Positions 54,197-63,496 of a stretch of DNA of 64,000 nucleotides are shown here, in pieces (the first letter of the stretch is position 1; the number at the start of each line of letters is the position of its first letter). The notes below the pieces were generated by a model. It was not told where the DNA came from and did not search any database. It was given only the letters and a program-made list of their open reading frames with translations. The position numbers and the translations under genes were made by a program. Source of the stretch: Candidatus Angelobacter sp. Lineage in GTDB: Bacteria > Acidobacteriota > Terriglobia > Terriglobales > Acidobacteriaceae. Location: NCBI GenBank assembly GCA_035695325.1, contig DASSEH010000011.1, forward strand, positions 29,706-93,705. The letters are read 5' to 3'.

Positions 54197-57100
54197 TTAG
54201 TCCATTAAGGCCTGTACTTTTTGTGACATCGCGGCGGTTCGTTCCAGTTTGTCCCAGGCGAAGGGTTTGCCATCAATGGCCCTTTTCACTGTCCGGAAAA
54301 GCACGGCAGAGAAGAGCTGGCGATAGGCAAACCTCTGCAGCCACAAATGCAGTAACAGACTAAAATTCTCTCCTCGCCCTTCTTCCCGGCGCTCCAGCAG
54401 GAAAGCCAGTGCTGACGTGCAGAAGTCAATCACCAAAAAAATCAGAAAGAACAGCACCAGGCGTTCAAAGCTGCTGGAATCCGTGCTTTCCGGGTGGAAG
54501 TAGCGCGTGATCCAGTAAAAGGCCGAATTTACGAGAAACATCGCGTCGATAAAAGGTGCGACCAGGGGCAGCAAAATCTGAAAAATAACTACGTTGGGCA
54601 GGGCAATCCAGCCCAGGCGGCTGCATTTGGCCATGGCCTTGCGATGCTTCCACACGGCCTGCAAAACGCCAAACGACCAGCGAAAGCGCTGGCGCATAAG
54701 GCCGCGGGCCGTAGAGGGCGCTTCGGTAAAGGCCAGCGCGCGATCTTCGTTGGTCACAAACCAGCCGCGCTCCAGCAGGGCCATGGTCAGGTCGGCATCT
54801 TCGGCCACCGTGTCCACGGGATACCCGCCCGCCGCGCGTACGGCAGCTGTCCGCCAGGCTCCAATGGCGCCCGGCACCACGGTGACCGCGCCAAAGACGT
54901 TCAGCGCGCGTCTTTCAAAATTCTGGCTGGTGATATATTCGAGCGCCTGCCAGCGCGTCCAGAGATTCACGCGATTTCCCACTTTGGTATTGCCGGCGAC
55001 AGCGCCAACTCGGCTATCGGCAAAGTGCGGGACCAAGAGCGAAACCGCATTGGGCGCTATGACTGTGTCGGCGTCAATACCCACGTAAATATCGCTGTCA
55101 GCGTGCATTAATCCGTAATTCAGGGCGGAGGCTTTGCCGCCGTTTACCTTGGTCAGCAGAACGAGGTGGCCCGCCTCAATCTCAGGACTGAATTTCTCTC
55201 GCACCACGTCCGTCGTGGAATCCGACGATCCGTCGTCCACAACAATCACGCGCAGGCGGGAGTAGCTGGAGCTCAGCACGGACCGCACCGTGCGCTCGAT
55301 CACTTTTTCCTCGTTATATGCCGGCACAATCACTGTTACCGAAGGCTGGAAATCCGCCGGCGCAGCGGGCGGTGGTTTGCGCAGACGGTCAAACGTAGCC
55401 AGAGTGCCAATGCAGAGAAACTTGAGTGACATCAGTACATCGCCGACAAAAAACGTGTACACCACAAAGCTCGTAAGCCCGGCAAAGAGCACGAAGGCCG
55501 CATCGTCGAGGCGGGCAGACCACACTTCATTGGAGGGCACGCGGGGCATGACCTCGTCGCGAGTTTTGCCCAGCAGACCTTCCACGCTCACGATCTGGAA
55601 TCCCTGGGCGCGCAAGCCTTCAATGATGCCAGGCAGTGCTTTGACCGTGGCGCTGCGGTCGCCGCCGCCATCGTGCAGCAGAACGATGTTGCCGCAGTTG
55701 ATCCGCGCCCTGCATCCGGCTGTCGCCATCTGGTTTGCCTGGTCTATGACCGCGGTCACGATCTGCTCGGCAGTGCGTCCACGCTGCCAGTCGTCAGGAT
55801 CGATCTTCGATCCCACCGTGATATAGCCACCCTCCTGCACCACTTCAAGAGGCCGCACCTGCTCGGCGATGTCCGGTTCCTGATCGATGGAATACGGCGG
55901 ACGGAAGAGCAAAGTCCGGATCCCCAGCTTGCTGGCAAACAGACGGTTCGTCAGGTCCAGCTCGAACTTCTTCATGTACTCTCTGGAAACGTCGCTGATG
56001 TCCGGATGGGTGAAGGTGTGGTTGCCAATCCCGTTGCCTTCGGCGTAAATGCGCCGCGCCAGTCCAGGATTTTTTTGCGTCTGCATGCCGATGAGAAAAA
56101 ACGTGGCCGTGGCATGTTCGCGCTGCAAAATATCCAGAATTTGCGGCGTATAGATGTTGTCCGGACCGTCGTCAAAAGTGAGGGCGATCTTTCTTTCCTG
56201 GGCTCCATTCTGAGTGATCTGGTATGGCTCAGGAAGTTTGGTCATCTTCTCGCTGTCGATAAGCCGCTTGTCACTATCAAGGCTTACCTCGCGTGTTCCC
56301 GGGCTCGGACCGCGTTCAATGTAGAGGATCTCGCCGTATCCTTCGCGGTCCACGTCCTGGCCGGAAGGAACCGTTCGCAGCTTCTGCTCCGCACCCGCTT
56401 CTCTTGGGTTGTCCCAGATGGCCCACAGCGAACGGTCTTCCGCGCCCAGCCGCCACAGGGCAAAGGTGCGAATCCCAAACTGGCGGGCGGCGCGCATTTC
56501 GTTGAATGCCGTTACCGCATCCAGAAACCAGACCTGGTGCTGCGTGCCATCCTCTTCGAGATAGGCGAAATGCGGGTTCAGGAAGTCAGGAAAAAGGGCG
56601 ATATCGGATTCCGATTCGGCGGCGTGCAGCCATTCTTCCTGCACATTGTTGGTTGTGACGCTGGTGACGCGGTGCGTTTTGGGTGAGATTGCCCAGTCAT
56701 ATCCGTAATTGCCAATGGCGCAGATGATCTTGGTCCGGGGAATGTCCTTAATCGCCTGCTGCAGATTGGAGACGAACCAGTCCTGGGCTGCCACTGGTCC
56801 AGGACCGCTGGTGGTCTGGTGCTGGTCATAATTCATTAGCACCAGCCCGTCGGCGGCGTCCGCCAGTGCCGGGTAATTGAAATCATTGTCCGCAACCGGA
56901 ACGTTTACATACAGCTTCATGCCGCGAGCATGAAGGTCCTGGCCGAGTTCACGGATGAGCGCCAGAAATCCTGGCTGGGCGGCCACGGGGATTTCTTCCA
57001 GATCAACGGCTGCACCGCCAAAATGGTCACTGGAGAGAAAAAGCGAGAGTTGCTGCCGAAAGTTCTGCCGGGCCGAGGCATCGCGCAGAAACGCGCCAAT

Positions 57101-57661
57101 ATCGATCCACTCTTTCTTTACCGGATCGAAATTGTTGATCATCGGAAATACCTCAACGCTGGCCTTTTCCGATTTGAGGAAAGACATCACCTTTTCATCC
57201 ACCGGATGCACAACCCGGTTACTAACTACCGGAAAAGGATGGTTGACTGCATCCACGCTCTGAATGCCGCCGTCCGGCGAGAGAACGTGCAGCCATTCGG
57301 GGAAGAGAATGTCGATTTGCGGATAGTACTCCTGCAGGGAAACAAAGCTGGCGGCGTCCCAGGTCACGTAATAGGCCGCGCGAATGCCTTCATCGGTATT
57401 CAAAACCACGTCCGAGGGACGGGCCGTGGTTTTGCGATGGGTCCCTTCGACCACCTTCTTTTTTCGAAGCTCTTTTTCCTTCAGCGTTTTCAAAATTCGC
57501 TTCTGCTCCGGCATGAGCAGATGGGGCATGGATGAAGCCTGAAAAAAGCGGACGATAAACAGGGCAATCAGAAGACTGATCGCCAAACCAAGCCCGTTGA
57601 ACAGCCGCCGAAGCCACGGCCATCGCTTACGCTGTGGGTCATAAAATATTTGTCTGGTCAT
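54197..57661 (-). CDS. Tri-modular exopolysaccharide enzyme: GH18-like domain + CE4 (NodB) deacetylase + GT2 processive synthase
   Basis: N-terminal TM segment. GH18-like region (AYYVTWDAASFVSLQEYYPQIDILFPEWLHV...GGAAVDLEE). NodB motifs (ALTFDDGPD, NHTFTHPD). GT2 motifs (VIVPAYNEEKVI, VVDDGSSD, GIDADT, QRFRWSFG) followed by C-terminal TM segments. Confidence 0.85.
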   Translation of the reverse strand: MTRQIFYDPQRKRWPWLRRLFNGLGLAISLLIALFIVRFFQASSMPHLLMPEQKRILKTLKEKELRKKKVVEGTHRKTTARPSDVVLNTDEGIRAAYYVTWDAASFVSLQEYYPQIDILFPEWLHVLSPDGGIQSVDAVNHPFPVVSNRVVHPVDEKVMSFLKSEKASVEVFPMINNFDPVKKEWIDIGAFLRDASARQNFRQQLSLFLSSDHFGGAAVDLEEIPVAAQPGFLALIRELGQDLHARGMKLYVNVPVADNDFNYPALADAADGLVLMNYDQHQTTSGPGPVAAQDWFVSNLQQAIKDIPRTKIICAIGNYGYDWAISPKTHRVTSVTTNNVQEEWLHAAESESDIALFPDFLNPHFAYLEEDGTQHQVWFLDAVTAFNEMRAARQFGIRTFALWRLGAEDRSLWAIWDNPREAGAEQKLRTVPSGQDVDREGYGEILYIERGPSPGTREVSLDSDKRLIDSEKMTKLPEPYQITQNGAQERKIALTFDDGPDNIYTPQILDILQREHATATFFLIGMQTQKNPGLARRIYAEGNGIGNHTFTHPDISDVSREYMKKFELDLTNRLFASKLGIRTLLFRPPYSIDQEPDIAEQVRPLEVVQEGGYITVGSKIDPDDWQRGRTAEQIVTAVIDQANQMATAGCRARINCGNIVLLHDGGGDRSATVKALPGIIEGLRAQGFQIVSVEGLLGKTRDEVMPRVPSNEVWSARLDDAAFVLFAGLTSFVVYTFFVGDVLMSLKFLCIGTLATFDRLRKPPPAAPADFQPSVTVIVPAYNEEKVIERTVRSVLSSSYSRLRVIVVDDGSSDSTTDVVREKFSPEIEAGHLVLLTKVNGGKASALNYGLMHADSDIYVGIDADTVIAPNAVSLLVPHFADSRVGAVAGNTKVGNRVNLWTRWQALEYITSQNFERRALNVFGAVTVVPGAIGAWRTAAVRAAGGYPVDTVAEDADLTMALLERGWFVTNEDRALAFTEAPSTARGLMRQRFRWSFGVLQAVWKHRKAMAKCSRLGWIALPNVVIFQILLPLVAPFIDAMFLVNSAFYWITRYFHPESTDSSSFERLVLFFLIFLVIDFCTSALAFLLERREEGRGENFSLLLHLWLQRFAYRQLFSAVLFRTVKRAIDGKPFAWDKLERTAAMSQKVQALMD

Positions 57662-57954
57662 GGTTGGTGGGAAGGTGCGCTGCCTTTATCGTAAAGCCCC
57701 CTAAACCCAGGGTCAAATATAAATTCATCAGTCCAGGTCAGGAATATTCCCCGCGCGTATTAGGTGGATCTGGGGCCAGCCGGACAGGGAAGAAGTAGCG
57801 AAAAAACCTGCGGGAATTAAGGACGGGCGGAATTTAACCAGGCCGCAAATGCACTCTGCGGTGTAAAGTAGAAAATGGAACCAAGCCCTGCCATCCCGGC
57901 AAATTGCAGGCCTGGTTGGCGCTGTGCTAGTTTTTATCGTACTGAGAGGTTGTT

Positions 57955-58752
57955 TTGCGCACGAACATTCCCGCTGGGCTGGACCGCAGGGAGGCCGAAC
58001 TGTTCAGCCAGCTGAATCCCAGCCAGCTTCCCCGGCATGTGGCCATCATTATGGATGGTAATGGCCGCTGGGCCAAACGGCGTCACTTACCCCGCATCGC
58101 GGGGCATCGCCAGGGTGCGAGTTCAGTGCGTTGCGTGATTGAGACGGCCTCGAACATTGGCCTGCAGGCCATCACGCTGTATGCGTTTTCAGCGGAAAAC
58201 TTTCTGCGCCGGCCCCCTACCGAAATCAATTTTCTGATGAAGCTGCTGCGCCGGTATCTGATGGACGAACTGCCGCTGATGATGCGCAATAATGTCCGCC
58301 TGGCATTTATCGGGCGTCACCAGTTGCTGCCGCAGGAAGTGCAGGAGCGCATGGCGTGGGCAAGGGAAGAGACCGCGCGCAATACCGGCATGGTGATGAC
58401 TCTGGCCCTGAATTATGGTTCGCGCTCCGAACTGGTGGACGCCTTCCAGGCCATTGTTCATCAGGCGTCCCAAAATGGCGGGTTGAAGCACCTGAAGATT
58501 GACGAAGAGACCATCAGCAGGCATCTTTATACTCACGACCTTCCGGAGCTGGATCTGATGATTCGGACCAGCGGTGAGATGCGGCTGAGCAATTTCCTGC
58601 TCTGGCAGGCGGCATATGCGGAGATTTATGTGACGAAAACATTATGGCCCGATTTTCGCGGCACGCACCTGCTGGAGGCCATCCAGGAATTTCAGCAGCG
58701 CGAGCGGCGCTACGGCGGCCTGATTGATCCTCATGGGGCCGTTGCCCGCTAA
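57955..58752 (+). CDS. uppS: Undecaprenyl-diphosphate synthase (cis-isoprenyl transferase)
   Basis: HVAIIMDGNGRWA, LYAFSAENF, IRTSGEMRLSNFLLWQ. TTG start. Confidence 0.9.
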   Translation: MRTNIPAGLDRREAELFSQLNPSQLPRHVAIIMDGNGRWAKRRHLPRIAGHRQGASSVRCVIETASNIGLQAITLYAFSAENFLRRPPTEINFLMKLLRRYLMDELPLMMRNNVRLAFIGRHQLLPQEVQERMAWAREETARNTGMVMTLALNYGSRSELVDAFQAIVHQASQNGGLKHLKIDEETISRHLYTHDLPELDLMIRTSGEMRLSNFLLWQAAYAEIYVTKTLWPDFRGTHLLEAIQEFQQRERRYGGLIDPHGAVAR

Positions 58753-59676
58753 ATGAAACGCGTCCTTACTGCGGTAATACTCATTCCGGTGGTCCTGCTG
58801 CTTCTCTTCAAAGCGCCGGACTGGCTCTATAGCGCGGCGCTTGGCGTTATAGCCCTTTTGGCCGTGCATGAATACTTTGGCATTGCCCGCCACTATCAGG
58901 AGCGCCTCTGGCAAAATGTGGTTTTGGCGGCGACTGGCCTTTATTTTGCCGGACACTGCCTGCACAAAGTCTCTGCTTTTGGATGGCCGGAATTCGGCAA
59001 CAGCATTGAGATCTGGCTGGTGCAGGCCACTGGATACCAGGTGCTGCCTTTGCTGCTGCTGCTTTTGGGGCTGGTGCTCAGGGACCTGCGGCAAGCCCTG
59101 CCGGCTGCGGCCATTTCGTATCTCGGGTTTCTCTACATCGGCATAACGCTGGGTGAACTTTCCCTGATCGGGCATACCCGATACGGGCGTATTCTGATAT
59201 TTGTTTTTCTCATCACCGTGTGGTCGGGCGACATATTTGCTTATTACGCCGGCCGGGCCTTTGGGCGACATAAACTCGCGCCGAGTATCAGTCCGGGAAA
59301 AACCTGGGAGGGCGCCATTGCTTCCGCCATGGGCGCGGTAATCATTTGCGTGGCTCTTTTCCATTACATTCATGCGATAAGCAGCGGTCTCGCATCACTG
59401 GACTCTTTTCCCTCACGAAGTGTTTTTTACGCCGATGCCGGAATTGTTTCTCCGCCGATATGGCTGGCGGCGATTTTCGGCTTGTGCGTGAATATCGCGG
59501 CCCAGTTGGGCGATTTGACCGAATCGGCCCTCAAGCGCGGCGCCGGAGTCAAGGATTCAGGCACCCTGCTTCCTGGACACGGCGGTATTCTCGACCGGAT
59601 TGACGCCATGTTGCTGGCGGCGCCGGTATTATGGTTTTTTCAGTTTGTGCTGTACCGGGCTATCATTCACAAATAG
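58753..59676 (+). CDS. cdsA: Phosphatidate cytidylyltransferase
   Basis: Multi-TM protein with the C-terminal signature SALKRGAGVKDSGTLLPGHGGILDRID. Confidence 0.9.
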   Translation: MKRVLTAVILIPVVLLLLFKAPDWLYSAALGVIALLAVHEYFGIARHYQERLWQNVVLAATGLYFAGHCLHKVSAFGWPEFGNSIEIWLVQATGYQVLPLLLLLLGLVLRDLRQALPAAAISYLGFLYIGITLGELSLIGHTRYGRILIFVFLITVWSGDIFAYYAGRAFGRHKLAPSISPGKTWEGAIASAMGAVIICVALFHYIHAISSGLASLDSFPSRSVFYADAGIVSPPIWLAAIFGLCVNIAAQLGDLTESALKRGAGVKDSGTLLPGHGGILDRIDAMLLAAPVLWFFQFVLYRAIIHK

Positions 59677-59681
59677 ACATC

Positions 59682-60851
59682 ATGAAACGTATCGCCATTC
59701 TCGGATCCACCGGCTCTATCGGCTGCAGCACGCTCAGCGTGATTGAATCCAATCCCGAACGCTTTCAACTGGCCACCATGGCCGCTGGCTCCAATACTGC
59801 GGTCGCGCTCGAACAGGCGCGCCGGTGGAAGCCCAAAGTGCTCTCCCTGGCGGCGGAGCAGGATGCAGAGACCGTTCGCCGGCAGCTTCAGGCCGAAGGG
59901 CTGAGCGAGATTGAAGTGGTCTGGGGCCAGGAGGGCACGGTTCGCGTGGCCACTCATGCGGAAGTGGATTTCGTGGTCAGCGCCATCGTTGGCGTTGCCG
60001 GCCTCAAGGCCACCTGGGAAGCAGTCCGCGCCGGGAAAGAAGTAGGACTGGCCAACAAGGAATGTCTGGTGGCCGCGGGCGAGATCATCACCAGTGAGGC
60101 GCGCCGGCAGGGCAAGCCGCTGCTTCCCATTGACAGCGAGCACAACGCCGTACACCAGTGCATGCGCGGCGGACGCATGACGGAAGTAGAGCGCGTATGG
60201 CTCACGGCCAGCGGCGGTCCTTTTCTGCACACGGCCAAAGCGGAGCTGGAAAAGGTCACAGTGGCGCAGGCGCTCAACCATCCCACATGGAAGATGGGCC
60301 GCCGCATCACTATTGATTCCGCCACCATGATGAACAAAGGCTTTGAAGTGATTGAGGCTTGCCGCCTGTTCGATCTTCCTCCGGCGCAGGTAGGAGTGAC
60401 TGTGCATCCGCAGTCCACCATTCACTCCATGGTGGAATTTAATGACGGCAGTATTCTGGCCCAGCTCTCCGTGACCGACATGCGTTTGCCGATTTTGTAC
60501 GCGCTGACGTATCCGGAGCGGATTTCCTCCACTCTGCGCTTTCCGGTACAGGAGCTGAAACGGCTGGATTTCTCGCCACCTGATTTCGACAAGTTCCCCT
60601 GTTTGCGCCTGGCTTACGAGGCCGCTGAAGCCGGGGGCACGAGGACAATCGCCCTCAACGCCGCCGACGAGGTGGCGGTGGCCGCTTTTCTTGAAGAAGA
60701 GATTGGCTTCGGCGACATAGCCCGGGTCATTGAGCAGACACTTCGTGAAACGCCGGTGCATCATCCTGAATCTATAGAAGAGGTACTTGCTGCGGACCAC
60801 GAGGCCCGTGAGCGGGCCAGGCAAGTGCTGCCGAATCAGGTGGCGCGCTAA
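59682..60851 (+). CDS. dxr: 1-deoxy-D-xylulose-5-phosphate reductoisomerase
   Basis: MKRIAILGSTGSIG, LANKECLV, DSEHNA, NKGFEVIEA. The internal ATG 59682 is preferred over the listed 59631. Confidence 0.95.
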   Translation: MKRIAILGSTGSIGCSTLSVIESNPERFQLATMAAGSNTAVALEQARRWKPKVLSLAAEQDAETVRRQLQAEGLSEIEVVWGQEGTVRVATHAEVDFVVSAIVGVAGLKATWEAVRAGKEVGLANKECLVAAGEIITSEARRQGKPLLPIDSEHNAVHQCMRGGRMTEVERVWLTASGGPFLHTAKAELEKVTVAQALNHPTWKMGRRITIDSATMMNKGFEVIEACRLFDLPPAQVGVTVHPQSTIHSMVEFNDGSILAQLSVTDMRLPILYALTYPERISSTLRFPVQELKRLDFSPPDFDKFPCLRLAYEAAEAGGTRTIALNAADEVAVAAFLEEEIGFGDIARVIEQTLRETPVHHPESIEEVLAADHEARERARQVLPNQVAR

Positions 60852-60893
60852 ACCCCACTTGCGTGGTTGAGGTACAATAAAAGGCTGCGCTTT

Positions 60894-62204
60894 ATGCATC
60901 TTCCTAATTTTTTTATCTATCCAGCCGCCATGCTCTTTGTTCTGGGCGTGCTTGTCTTCATTCATGAACTGGGCCACTACCTCGTAGCCAAGTGGTGTGG
61001 CGTGCGAGTGGAAGTTTTTAGCCTTGGGTTTGGCAAGCGTCTTTGGGGTTTTCGCAGGGGCGATACGGACTACCGGGTGAGTGCATTACCCCTGGGTGGT
61101 TACGTGAAAATGGCAGGTGAGAATCCCATGGAAGCCCGCACCGGAGATCCTGGCGAGTTTACCAGTCATCCGCGCTGGCAGCGGTTTTTAATCGCAATTG
61201 CCGGGCCGGTCATGAACATCATTCTGGCCATTGTGGTGCTTACGGCCGTTTATAAGTTTCATCACGAGTACCCTGCCGTAAGCCGGCGTCCCGTGGATGT
61301 TTTCTTCCTGACCAAAGATTCACCCGCGGAAAAGGCCGGAATTCACAAAGGCGACCGGATCGTAAAAATCGAAGACGTCCAGAATCCGGCATGGGACCAG
61401 GTGGATCTCAGTTTTGCTTTCAATCCAAAGCAGCCAGTAGATGTGACCGTCAGACGCGGCGATCAGACACTGGACTTAAAAGTGGTGCCGGATGAAGTCG
61501 GCGGCGACAAAATAGGCGATGCCGGAATCAGGTCCCCGGAAATTGTAGGGAACATCGAAACAGGATCTCCAGCCGAAAAAGCGGGGGTGCATGAGGGCGA
61601 CACCATACTGGCCGTCAACGGCACTTCAGTCCAGGAGACGGGTGAAATCCTGGAAATTCTGCAGAAGTCGAAAGACAGCCCGGTGCAGCTTACAGTATGG
61701 CGTGAAGGAAAAGAGCTGCAGCTTAAGGCAACACCGCAGCTCATGCCCACTGAGTCGCAGGGAGAAAAATACCGCCTTGGTTTTTCAGGGATGGCAATAG
61801 AGCGGCTCCCCCTTCCGTTGGCGTTTCATACAGCGCTGGAAGACTGCAAAACAAACTCCCTGCTGATTTTCAAGCTGCTGGGAAAGCTGATCGAAAAAAA
61901 GAATTCAATAAAGCAAATGAGCGGCCCGTTGGGGATTGCCAAACTTGCCGGGGGCGCCGCCAGGCTGGGCTTCAGCCATTTGATGGTGGCCATGGCCGTT
62001 ATCAGCCTCAATCTGGCAATATTTAATCTGCTGCCCATTCCCATTTTGGATGGCGGGTTGATGCTTTTGCTTCTTATTGAAGGCCTGATCCGCCGGGACA
62101 TCAATCAGCAAATCAAGGAGCGCATCTACCAGGCCGCCTTCGTCTGCCTGATCCTATTTGCTTCCGTGGTGATCTTTAACGACGTGGCAAAGTCATTCCA
62201 CTAA
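60894..62204 (+). CDS. rseP: RIP site-2 metalloprotease RseP (M50)
   Basis: HELGHY zinc site in TM1, two PDZ modules (PAEKAGIHKGDRIVKI and PAEKAGVHEGDTILAVNG), and NLLPIPILDGG. Confidence 0.9.
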   Translation: MHLPNFFIYPAAMLFVLGVLVFIHELGHYLVAKWCGVRVEVFSLGFGKRLWGFRRGDTDYRVSALPLGGYVKMAGENPMEARTGDPGEFTSHPRWQRFLIAIAGPVMNIILAIVVLTAVYKFHHEYPAVSRRPVDVFFLTKDSPAEKAGIHKGDRIVKIEDVQNPAWDQVDLSFAFNPKQPVDVTVRRGDQTLDLKVVPDEVGGDKIGDAGIRSPEIVGNIETGSPAEKAGVHEGDTILAVNGTSVQETGEILEILQKSKDSPVQLTVWREGKELQLKATPQLMPTESQGEKYRLGFSGMAIERLPLPLAFHTALEDCKTNSLLIFKLLGKLIEKKNSIKQMSGPLGIAKLAGGAARLGFSHLMVAMAVISLNLAIFNLLPIPILDGGLMLLLLIEGLIRRDINQQIKERIYQAAFVCLILFASVVIFNDVAKSFH

Positions 62205-63350
62205 GAGCGAGGGATCGCGGGCTGCGGGTGAATACTCAGCCGCAGCCGATCTGGCTGCTCCTTCAGCCACAGCAGTGATTTGGGATCGGTCGGCAAGGCT
62301 TAGCCAGACCAAGCTGGCAAACAGGGAGGTTGTCGATTCAAACACAAGAGCCCACTGGTGAAGAGCTTCTCCCGAAAAGACCGAATTTACAAATAAATTA
62401 GCGATCGAGACACCCAACTCGGCCAGGCAGACCAGCACTAGCAGCCATGATGGGCGGGCGTTGCTGTTCCATACGGGTTTTCTCATGCGCAGGGATGGTA
62501 TGCGCTTGGGTTGCTTCACTTCGGCAAAGGCCCACTTCCGGCAGAGAACGGCAGCCAGCAGGGGAGCGGCTAGCTTAAGTATGGACTCAAGAAGTACGGG
62601 CTCAAGGGCAAAGAGGCGCTTGCCTTCTAATGCATCCTGCACAATGTCTTCAATGCCTTCGACAATCCAGAAATTGCTCGCCCAGAAACAAATTTGCGCC
62701 AGCAGCATCGCCTGATTGACGGGAGCGCGCAGAATAAACAGGGATCTGCGAAGCCCGTCCGTGGGGTTATACCCAAACCGCCATCTTCTTTCTGACAGGG
62801 CCCAGGAACGAAAGGCCAGCGCGCAATAACCTGAAAAAACGATCAAGTCCGCGTAACCTTCAGAGAGAGAATCCGTATGGCTGACAACCAACAGAGCAAC
62901 CAACATGGTCAGCATGGCCACGAACGTGTATGCGAGTACGTGAATTACCGTGGCACGCTGGCCCCGCGGGGCAAACAAAATGAATAAACGCTGGAATAAG
63001 GAAAGATCATGATTGGGATCTTCCCTGGCCTTGCAGCTTGCTTCCGTCAGCCGAACAAGACGGCCCAAAGAAAGACTAATTTCTTCTTCCAGTTGTTTAC
63101 GGGCGGCACTGGTTTCTTCCGGGGTTTGGCTTTGCAGCGTTGCCAGCAGTTCAGTGTTTTCCCTGATCAGGTCTTTTTCCTGTTTAGTGCGGGATTCAAG
63201 GGACTGAAATTCGAGGATTATGGAAAGGTTCTGGATTGCCGTGGCGAAGCTGGCAAGTACTCCGAGCACCACCGTCATAGGCATATGAGACTCGGAAACA
63301 ATGGGGCGAATCGCGTCAATTATCTGTGTCAAAAATAATCGCATAGGCAC
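62193..63350 (-). CDS. Hypothetical membrane protein with an N-terminal coiled-coil-like segment
   Basis: 385 aa. Residues about 45-105 are charged and heptad-like (SRTKQEKDLIRENTELLATLQSQTPEETSAARKQLEEEI), followed by at least 6 hydrophobic segments. It is convergent with rseP and overlaps it by 12 nt. Confidence 0.6.
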   Translation of the reverse strand: MPMRLFLTQIIDAIRPIVSESHMPMTVVLGVLASFATAIQNLSIILEFQSLESRTKQEKDLIRENTELLATLQSQTPEETSAARKQLEEEISLSLGRLVRLTEASCKAREDPNHDLSLFQRLFILFAPRGQRATVIHVLAYTFVAMLTMLVALLVVSHTDSLSEGYADLIVFSGYCALAFRSWALSERRWRFGYNPTDGLRRSLFILRAPVNQAMLLAQICFWASNFWIVEGIEDIVQDALEGKRLFALEPVLLESILKLAAPLLAAVLCRKWAFAEVKQPKRIPSLRMRKPVWNSNARPSWLLVLVCLAELGVSIANLFVNSVFSGEALHQWALVFESTTSLFASLVWLSLADRSQITAVAEGAARSAAAEYSPAARDPSLLVE

Positions 63351-63496
63351 CTCGCAAAACCTGTTACAGGTGCGCTTCTATTAAGATAGTGCTGCAACAA
63401 GCAGTTTCGTTACAGAAAAACTTCATTGATTTTCCGGCGCGGGCTGGGCTGAGTTCGGTGGCCGTCTGGACGGGTTGCAATGTTAAACTATAAGCG

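Noticed and set aside
59667-60977. 436-aa ORF antisense to dxr
   Set aside because: This is an antisense shadow ORF. dxr is unambiguous on the plus strand.
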